A stretch of DNA of 10,977 bases, from contig JAZNOG010000072.1 in assembly GCA_045580645.1 (NCBI GenBank), forward strand, positions 1-10,977. Reading direction: 5' to 3'. The position numbers were made by a program, and so were the translations under genes. Positions within the stretch are counted from its first letter, which is position 1; each line of letters opens with the position of its first letter. Of the stretch, positions 5,879 to 10,977 are shown one piece after another. This DNA is from Bacilli bacterium. Its GTDB lineage: Bacteria > Bacillota_I > Bacilli_A > RF39 > UBA660. The notes below the pieces were generated by a model, which did not search any database, was not told the DNA's origin, and was given only the letters and a program-made list of their open reading frames with translations.

Positions 5879-6460
5879 TTAATTTCTGTTTCTCCATCTT
5901 TCGTCATCACTTTTCTTCCAAGCGGCAACTAAATTAATTGCTTCTCCTATTTGTAACGAAATCTGTTTGAATTGTCGCTTTAATATACAATTAGAGTTTT
6001 CAGCGACCATTGATATATATCCAAGCATTTTTAATTTTATAATAGCATCTTTTTGAAATTCTTCTCTTTTCTTTTTATTTTCTACACTATCTATTCTTAT
6101 AAAATTTGCTTGTAATAATAACTCTAATGTTTCTAAACACATATTTTGCATACGATTAACAAATACACCTCTATATTTAGCAGGAGATTTTTCGGTTATT
6201 GCAATAATATATGCTCCTAACTTCTTTACAACAGTAATAACTATTAAATCATTAGAATTAGAAGGTATCTTACTTATTCTTTCTAATTCTTTATCTTCTT
6301 CTACTTGTTGTATTACTTGTTTTTTATTAAACTTTTCATTATTAGCAGTTGCCAAAGCTTGTTTTACTGCTACCTTATCATCAACACTGTTAATACATTC
6401 ATTTACATCATCTATTATTTTTGGTATCTTTAAATTGTTATCTCTACTTACTTGTAACAT
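5879..6460 (-). CDS. avd: Avd-like DGR accessory protein (four-helix-bundle type) with an N-terminal extension
   Basis: It sits immediately upstream of TR. The C-terminal ~125 aa (DLIVITVVKKLGAYIIAITEKSPAKYRGVFVNRMQNMCLETLELLLQAN...LQIGEAINLVAAWKKSDDERWRNRN) resemble Avd / 23S-IVS four-helix-bundle proteins, including the basic C-terminal W-containing tail. The track start at 6469 is a GTG. The ATG at 6460 has a GGGGTG element 6 nt upstream, so it is preferred. Confidence 0.65.
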   Translation of the reverse strand: MLQVSRDNNLKIPKIIDDVNECINSVDDKVAVKQALATANNEKFNKKQVIQQVEEDKELERISKIPSNSNDLIVITVVKKLGAYIIAITEKSPAKYRGVFVNRMQNMCLETLELLLQANFIRIDSVENKKKREEFQKDAIIKLKMLGYISMVAENSNCILKRQFKQISLQIGEAINLVAAWKKSDDERWRNRN

Positions 6461-6487
6461 CAATATCACCCCAACTTTTGGTCTTAT

Positions 6488-6496
6488 ATTATATCA
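6488..6496 (-). promoter_or_regulatory. candidate extended -10 element (TGATATAAT) upstream of the avd-like gene
   Basis: The minus strand reads TGATATAAT, ~28 nt upstream of the ATG at 6460. There is no good -35, and AT-rich DNA produces such matches by chance. Confidence 0.3.
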
Positions 6497-6515
6497 CTAA
6501 AACTATACTTTTAAT

Positions 6516-6731
6516 TTATTTATAGTTTTTTAAATAAGATGAATATTCTCTTAACAATTTAGATATCGTTCTATCGTTAGGTCTTTCTTTTTGTGCCAAT
6601 TCTAAAGCATAACATATTTTTTTTATTTGATACTTTTTTATATTATAGATGTCTAATGTCTGATTAACATTTGAAAAACAAGAACACAATTCTTCTTTAT
6701 TTAAATTTAAATAATTATTATTATCTATCAT
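6516..6731 (-). CDS. small hypothetical protein (71 aa), first gene of the minus-strand string
   Basis: A strong AAGGAGG RBS (6744..6738 region) lies ~7 nt upstream of the ATG at 6731. The product is basic and helical-looking, with no motif I recognise. Confidence 0.6.
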   Translation of the reverse strand: MIDNNNYLNLNKEELCSCFSNVNQTLDIYNIKKYQIKKICYALELAQKERPNDRTISKLLREYSSYLKNYK

Positions 6732-6817
6732 TTTTTTCCTCCTTATTTATTTGATTTAATACAATTAAATCCAAATTATCTATATTGCATGTTTTAAAAA
6801 ATTTCTTCTTTGCATTA

Positions 6818-6826
6818 ATTATAACA
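6818..6826 (-). promoter_or_regulatory. candidate extended -10 promoter element (TGTTATAAT) for the minus-strand operon
   Basis: The minus strand reads TGTTATAAT, a perfect TGnTATAAT, ~87 nt upstream of the ATG at 6731. It lies in the divergent intergenic region shared with the XRE gene. The -35 is poor (TTGCAC with a 21-nt spacing). Confidence 0.4.
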
Positions 6827-6846
6827 TATTTTGGTCGTAGTGTTGT

Positions 6847-6866
6847 GCAAAAAACGTATTTTTTGC
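6847..6866. promoter_or_regulatory. 20-bp near-perfect palindrome, candidate operator
   Basis: The sequence is gcaaaaaa-cgta-ttttttgc, with perfect 8-bp arms. It sits 35-54 bp upstream of the XRE ATG and just upstream of the candidate minus-strand -10. Confidence 0.4.
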
Positions 6867-6900
6867 TTTTAAATGAGAAAATTATATTGGTGAATGACTT

Positions 6901-7347
6901 ATGAATAAAAATTTAAAAGCATTAAGAGAACACGAAGAATTAACTCAAGAAGAAATTGCTTCTAAGTTAAATATATCTAGACAAAATTATTCTAGATGGG
7001 AAACCAACGAATTATTAATCCCACTTTATCATCTTAATGCATTAGCAAATTTATTTAATACAAGTATGGATTATATTATGGGATTATCTCCCTTAAATAC
7101 TCCTACCAATAATATAAATAATTTAGATTTAACTGAAATTGGTAAAAACATAAAAGAAATACGAGAAGAAAATAACTTATCAATGAGAGAATTAGCCAAA
7201 GTACTTAATACATCTCATTCTACATTATCTTCTTACGAACATGGGAACAATTTAATTATCATAAGTTTTGCTTTTGAAATTGCTTTAAAATATAACATTT
7301 CATTAGACTGGTTATGTAACAGAAGCAATAAAAAATATAGAAAATAA
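6901..7347 (+). CDS. XRE-family transcriptional regulator with two tandem HTH domains
   Basis: There are two HTH_3-like units: LKALREHEELTQEEIASKLNISRQNYSRWETNE...LNALANLFNTSMDYIMG and IGKNIKEIREENNLSMRELAKVLNTSHSTLSSYEHGNN...FEIALKYNISLDWLCN. Confidence 0.85.
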   Translation: MNKNLKALREHEELTQEEIASKLNISRQNYSRWETNELLIPLYHLNALANLFNTSMDYIMGLSPLNTPTNNINNLDLTEIGKNIKEIREENNLSMRELAKVLNTSHSTLSSYEHGNNLIIISFAFEIALKYNISLDWLCNRSNKKYRK

Positions 7348-7353
7348 AATATT

Positions 7354-7389
7354 GGAGAGCCATTTAAAAATTAATGACTCTCCTTTTTT
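7354..7389. terminator. bidirectional terminator between the convergent XRE and hydrolase genes
   Basis: Stem ggagag(cc) at 7354-7361 pairs with (ga)ctctcc at 7376-7383, with one internal mismatch. It is followed by T6 (7384-7389) on the plus strand and by a T-rich run on the minus strand. Confidence 0.55.
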
Positions 7390-8941
7390 AATATTGTGGA
7401 GTTCCATATCCAAAAATAACATTACTACTTAGTGAGTAATCTTTTTGTCTGCAAGTATCATTAGTTGAATTTCCTTCAACTGTATATACTCTTCCATTTT
7501 CTACTTTTTCAACTATTCCTACATGACTAACTGTTCCATCTACTTCCCAATCAAAGAATATAATATCCCCAGATTTAGGTGTATAACTCGATTCTTGCCA
7601 TTGTCCCATTGCTTTAAACCAATTTATACCATTTTGACACCCAGAAAATTTAGGAATAATACCTGCATCTAAATAACCAGATTCATTTGCTACCCAGCTC
7701 ACGAATATAGCACACCATTCTACTCTAGAATTAAAACCATACCAAGACCAGTAAGGTTGCCCACCTACATTACCAACTTGTGATAATGCAATTTGTACCA
7801 TATCAGGACTTCCTACAGGTGTACCAAATATTACTGATGACCACATCATAGAATAGTCATCACTTAATAAATCATTTACTTGTTTTCTTTGCATTGGAGT
7901 GAAGTTATATAAATTCATCATCTCTTCAAGTGATTTACTTGTTATATTAATATATAAAACTTTCTTTGTTAAATTCTCATTTAACTCATTTCCTACTTCA
8001 TATTCAATATCATTTGTTTCTTCTTTTATTTCAAAAGATACATTATTCATATCCCAAAATATTTTCTTTAATTCTGCTTTCTTTGTATCATCTAATGTTA
8101 TTACTTCAGTCTCATTAGTTCCTTTAGATATTTTAGCAGTATATATAGATAATATTTCTTTCCATTCTGCACGATCTGATTCTATTTTAAAATCATCATA
8201 TATATTAGTTTCTTGGATATTAGAAATTTTATCAGACATTTCAGTATTAATCTCTTTAACAACACTACTCATAGTAATTGTTCCAGTATCTTCACTAGAA
8301 AAGAAAATACCAAATATAGAACTACAAAGTAAACCTATTAAACATATAACTATAATCACAATTACTGCTACCCATCCACCAGCAATAATTGCAGAAATCA
8401 ATGCTTTTGTTCCTGCTATAATTGCCTTAACTGCCGAGATAGTTGCCTTAACTGCAACTTTTACACCTTGATATGTTTTTCTAGCAGTTTCTCGTGCTAG
8501 TTTTTGTACTCTTTGAGCATTTTTTATACTTTGCTGTGCAACTTTTTTCGTATTCTTTGCTGTTTTAATAGTAGAGTTCTTTACAACTCTTCCACTTGTT
8601 TTAACTCCTTTAGAAATATTCTTCATATTTCTTTTTTCAGCGAGTTTGCTCTTAATATTTTTAACTTTTATTTTACCTTTTTGTATATTCTGTTTAGTTT
8701 CGATAAAAGCATTTTTACCTTTTTTATTAAGTGGCGATGCACTAACAACTGCAGTTCTCTCTGCATTGTTAATTTTGTTAATTGCATATTCATTAGCATT
8801 AACCTCATTTGATTTATAAGCATTTTCACTTTTAGATTTAATATCAACTAATTTATCTTTTGTCTTTTGAGTAACAATAGTACTTTTATCAAGTGTCTTA
8901 ATTGTCCCCTTAACAACTTCTCTAGTCTTTATATTAGACAT
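7388..8941 (-). CDS. membrane-anchored CHAP/NlpC-P60 peptidoglycan hydrolase of a conjugation apparatus
   Basis: The protein has a Lys-rich N-terminal region and one strong TM segment (ALISAIIAGGWVAVIVIIVICLIGLLCSSIFGIFF). The C-terminal domain carries ...VEWCAIFVSWVANESGY...GDIIFFDW...VSHVGIVEKVENGRVYTVEGNS (CHAP Cys/His pattern). Its ATG lies 2 nt after the VirB4-like stop, with a GGAGA RBS. Confidence 0.85.
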   Translation of the reverse strand: MSNIKTREVVKGTIKTLDKSTIVTQKTKDKLVDIKSKSENAYKSNEVNANEYAINKINNAERTAVVSASPLNKKGKNAFIETKQNIQKGKIKVKNIKSKLAEKRNMKNISKGVKTSGRVVKNSTIKTAKNTKKVAQQSIKNAQRVQKLARETARKTYQGVKVAVKATISAVKAIIAGTKALISAIIAGGWVAVIVIIVICLIGLLCSSIFGIFFSSEDTGTITMSSVVKEINTEMSDKISNIQETNIYDDFKIESDRAEWKEILSIYTAKISKGTNETEVITLDDTKKAELKKIFWDMNNVSFEIKEETNDIEYEVGNELNENLTKKVLYINITSKSLEEMMNLYNFTPMQRKQVNDLLSDDYSMMWSSVIFGTPVGSPDMVQIALSQVGNVGGQPYWSWYGFNSRVEWCAIFVSWVANESGYLDAGIIPKFSGCQNGINWFKAMGQWQESSYTPKSGDIIFFDWEVDGTVSHVGIVEKVENGRVYTVEGNSTNDTCRQKDYSLSSNVIFGYGTPQY

Positions 8942-8943
8942 AA

Positions 8944-10977
8944 TTATTCTCCAGGTTTAGTTGTCATAAGTTTATATAATTTAGTATTTTTAGGAAATCT
9001 ATTAACAAAAGGTACAAGTGAACTACCATATTTAATTAAACCACATCCTGCTTCTGCATTTGTTATATAAGACATTTGCTCATCTGATATATTCAATAAT
9101 CTTCCTAACTCTTGTCTATCACTTGCAGCTTGATTAAGCATTACAATAAACTCACTATTTGATAACATTGTTGAAGCATCTACTGACGATAAAAGGTATT
9201 CCACATTTTGAGTTATTGCAGTTGGATATGCATTTCTCTTTCTGAACTGTCTCCAAGCACTATTAAAGAATGTTGCACTATATTCATTTTCAAATAATAC
9301 ATGAATTTCATCTATAAAAATATGTGTTCTTTTACCTTTTTTATAATTATCTGATACTCTATTTAACATTGCATCAGTAATAACTAATAACCCCATTGTT
9401 TTAAGTTGTTTTCCTAGTTTATAAATATCATAAGATATAATTCTACTATTAGTATCTACATTAGTTTCGTGTGAGAAAACATTTAAAGAACCATTAGTAA
9501 ATAACTCTAATGATAAAGCAAGTTCACTCGCTTCTTTTTCTGGTTGCTTTAATAACATATTTCTTAAATCAACTAATGTTGGTATTTTACCATTTTTATG
9601 ATATTCATCATATACAAGTGCAGTACATCTATCTATAATAGATTTTTCTTTTGGTCCTAATCCTTTTTTATCTAATTGTTCAAATAAAGATAAAATAAAC
9701 TCTGATTTATCAACAACAGGATTGGCACCATCTCCATATCCTTCTGTCATATCCATTGCATTTATATGGTCTTTACTACTTGCTGATATACTAATTACTT
9801 CTCCACCAAGAGCAGAAACTAATGCAGAATATTCACCCTCTGGATCACATATTAAAATATCATCTTCTGTTGATAATGCTAAAAACACAATTAACTCTTT
9901 CGCACTAAATGATTTACCACTACCAGGTACTCCCAATAAAAAAGATGATTGATTTAATAAGTTTGCTTTATTAACCATTATTAAATTATGACTTATAGCA
10001 TTTTCGCCATAATAAATACCACCCTTATCTTGTATTTCTTGAACTCTAAAAGGATGTAATACACCAAGACCTTCAGTAGTTAAAGTTCTTAATATATCAA
10101 CATCTCTAGCTCCAAATGGTAAAGCAGTACTCAATCCAGGATGTTGTTGATACCTCAAAGGTACTATTTGACATAAATGTTTTCTAGCAGTTATTAACAC
10201 ACTTTCAGTATCTGCATCAAGTTTTTCCTTTGTATCTGCTACTATTACAAGTGTTAGATTAGCAAACATCATTCTTTGGTCACGAGTTGTTAAATCATCT
10301 AAAAACTCTTTGCTTTCTTTTCTTTGTTGTTCTAAATCATACGGAACCATAGCAGAATAATTATTATTAGCATTTTGTTTTCTTTGCCATTGTGTAATAT
10401 TTGTTTCTACACCTAATAATCTATTTTCCACCTCTTTAACTGCTTCATCTGTTGGTACTGGTATTACATCAATACTTAACATCATATTGTTATTCATATC
10501 AGTAAGTTCTGCAATAAACGAATCTTTTATAAAACTAGCATATTCTTTTAAAAACAAAACTCTACCAAACTTATCTCCCATTTCAAAATAATCATTTTGA
10601 AAAGACATACCATTAGGACATATATAATCTTTAAAATTATGTCCTTTTTTCATAAGTGTAGATAAATCTAAATTATAATTAACTTCTTCGCCTATTCTAT
10701 AAAAATCGTGAAATACTCTTAATTTTTCTACTGCATTTAATTCAATACATTTACTACCTAACTTTGCAAGATGTGACGATATGTCAGTATATATTCTTCT
10801 AAAATAATTCTTCGCTTCTTCATAATTTTTCTTAAAAACAGATACTGTTAAATATATTTCTCTAACCATACCATTACTACCTATTGCTTTATCTAAAAGC
10901 ATTTGATTATATTCTTCTCTATAAATATCTAATCCATCATCTTTAAATGGTAATAATATTTCTTTTTCAAAATCTTT
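8944..10977 (-). CDS. VirB4-like conjugal transfer ATPase (Gram-positive TcpF / Tn916-Orf16 / CD1110 type), N-terminus outside window
   Basis: Walker A LLGVPGSGKS is encoded at ~9910..9933 and a Walker B-like THIFIDEIH is present. The frame stays open from the track ATG at 10902 up to base 10977 (25 more codons, no stop). Relatives of this family are larger than 652 aa, so the start is probably beyond the window. Confidence 0.88.
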   Translation of the reverse strand, partial: KDFEKEILLPFKDDGLDIYREEYNQMLLDKAIGSNGMVREIYLTVSVFKKNYEEAKNYFRRIYTDISSHLAKLGSKCIELNAVEKLRVFHDFYRIGEEVNYNLDLSTLMKKGHNFKDYICPNGMSFQNDYFEMGDKFGRVLFLKEYASFIKDSFIAELTDMNNNMMLSIDVIPVPTDEAVKEVENRLLGVETNITQWQRKQNANNNYSAMVPYDLEQQRKESKEFLDDLTTRDQRMMFANLTLVIVADTKEKLDADTESVLITARKHLCQIVPLRYQQHPGLSTALPFGARDVDILRTLTTEGLGVLHPFRVQEIQDKGGIYYGENAISHNLIMVNKANLLNQSSFLLGVPGSGKSFSAKELIVFLALSTEDDILICDPEGEYSALVSALGGEVISISASSKDHINAMDMTEGYGDGANPVVDKSEFILSLFEQLDKKGLGPKEKSIIDRCTALVYDEYHKNGKIPTLVDLRNMLLKQPEKEASELALSLELFTNGSLNVFSHETNVDTNSRIISYDIYKLGKQLKTMGLLVITDAMLNRVSDNYKKGKRTHIFIDEIHVLFENEYSATFFNSAWRQFRKRNAYPTAITQNVEYLLSSVDASTMLSNSEFIVMLNQAASDRQELGRLLNISDEQMSYITNAEAGCGLIKYGSSLVPFVNRFPKNTKLYKLMTTKPGE

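Larger units (their letters stand above)
2514..6460 (-). mobile_element. diversity-generating retroelement cassette (avd-like - TR - spacer - RT - target gene with VR)
   Basis: The call combines a TR/VR pair with an adenine-biased mismatch pattern, a DGR-signature RT and an Avd-like gene, all on one strand. Confidence 0.88.
7388..10977 (-). mobile_element. fragment of a Firmicutes-type conjugative element (ICE or plasmid) transfer module
   Basis: A VirB4-like ATPase is followed directly by a TM-anchored cell-wall hydrolase, the ATPase-then-hydrolase order seen in Tcp-type and Tn916-type loci. No integrase, relaxase or element ends are visible in the window. Confidence 0.6.

Noticed and set aside
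5843-5879. 8-bp direct repeat ccttaatt (5843..5850 and 5872..5879) flanking a small AAACC-GAAA-GGUUU hairpin (5853..5866) between the avd-like gene and TR
   Set aside because: The repeat is too short and AT-rich to distinguish from chance, and the stem is 5 bp with only two GC pairs. It may be part of the DGR RNA 5' region, but I cannot support a specific call.
7899-9070. Plus-strand ORFs 7899..8471, 8504..8812 and 8867..9070 (also 693..884 and 9722..9952), antisense to large genes
   Set aside because: Their F/I/L/S-rich translations are typical of the antisense of AT-rich coding DNA. They have no start context and are fully embedded in genes with strong domain evidence.
1-10977. CRISPR arrays, tRNA/rRNA genes, transposase/IS ends and toxin-antitoxin pairs
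   Set aside because: Apart from TR/VR there are no regularly spaced direct repeats. I saw no cloverleaf-like or rRNA-like GC-rich segments, no DDE/serine/tyrosine recombinase motifs in any ORF, and no compact two-gene TA-like pair.

Overview
This AT-rich window looks like low-GC Firmicutes/Clostridia-type DNA and reads as the transfer module plus a cargo region of a conjugative element. On the minus strand at the right, a VirB4-like T4SS ATPase (8944..>10977, its 5' end lies outside the window) is followed 2 nt later by a membrane-anchored CHAP/NlpC-P60 cell-wall hydrolase (7388..8941). A tandem-HTH XRE regulator (6901..7347, +) faces a long minus-strand gene string that contains a complete diversity-generating retroelement (DGR). 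Its parts are a small unknown gene (6516..6731), an Avd-like accessory gene (5879..6460), a 97-bp template repeat (TR, 5728..5824), a ~215-nt non-coding spacer, a DGR-type reverse transcriptase (4496..5512) and a target gene (2514..4406) carrying the matching variable repeat (VR, 4112..4208). TR and VR differ at 7 positions, and 6 of these are adenines of the coding (minus) strand in TR. The target is unusual. The diversified segment lies near the N-terminus of a protein with no evident signal peptide, whose C-terminal two thirds is a MoxR/AAA_5-type ATPase. This gene is tightly coupled (TAATG overlap, then a 9-nt gap) to a 130-aa degenerate AAA-like protein and to a 538-aa protein made of an HExxH metallopeptidase domain, a Q/N/S/G-rich linker and a VWA domain. 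I read this as a DGR-programmed sensor-ATPase / VWA-peptidase module carried as conjugative-element cargo, an association I do not recognise as characterised. All family assignments rest on motif recognition by eye; no searches were run.
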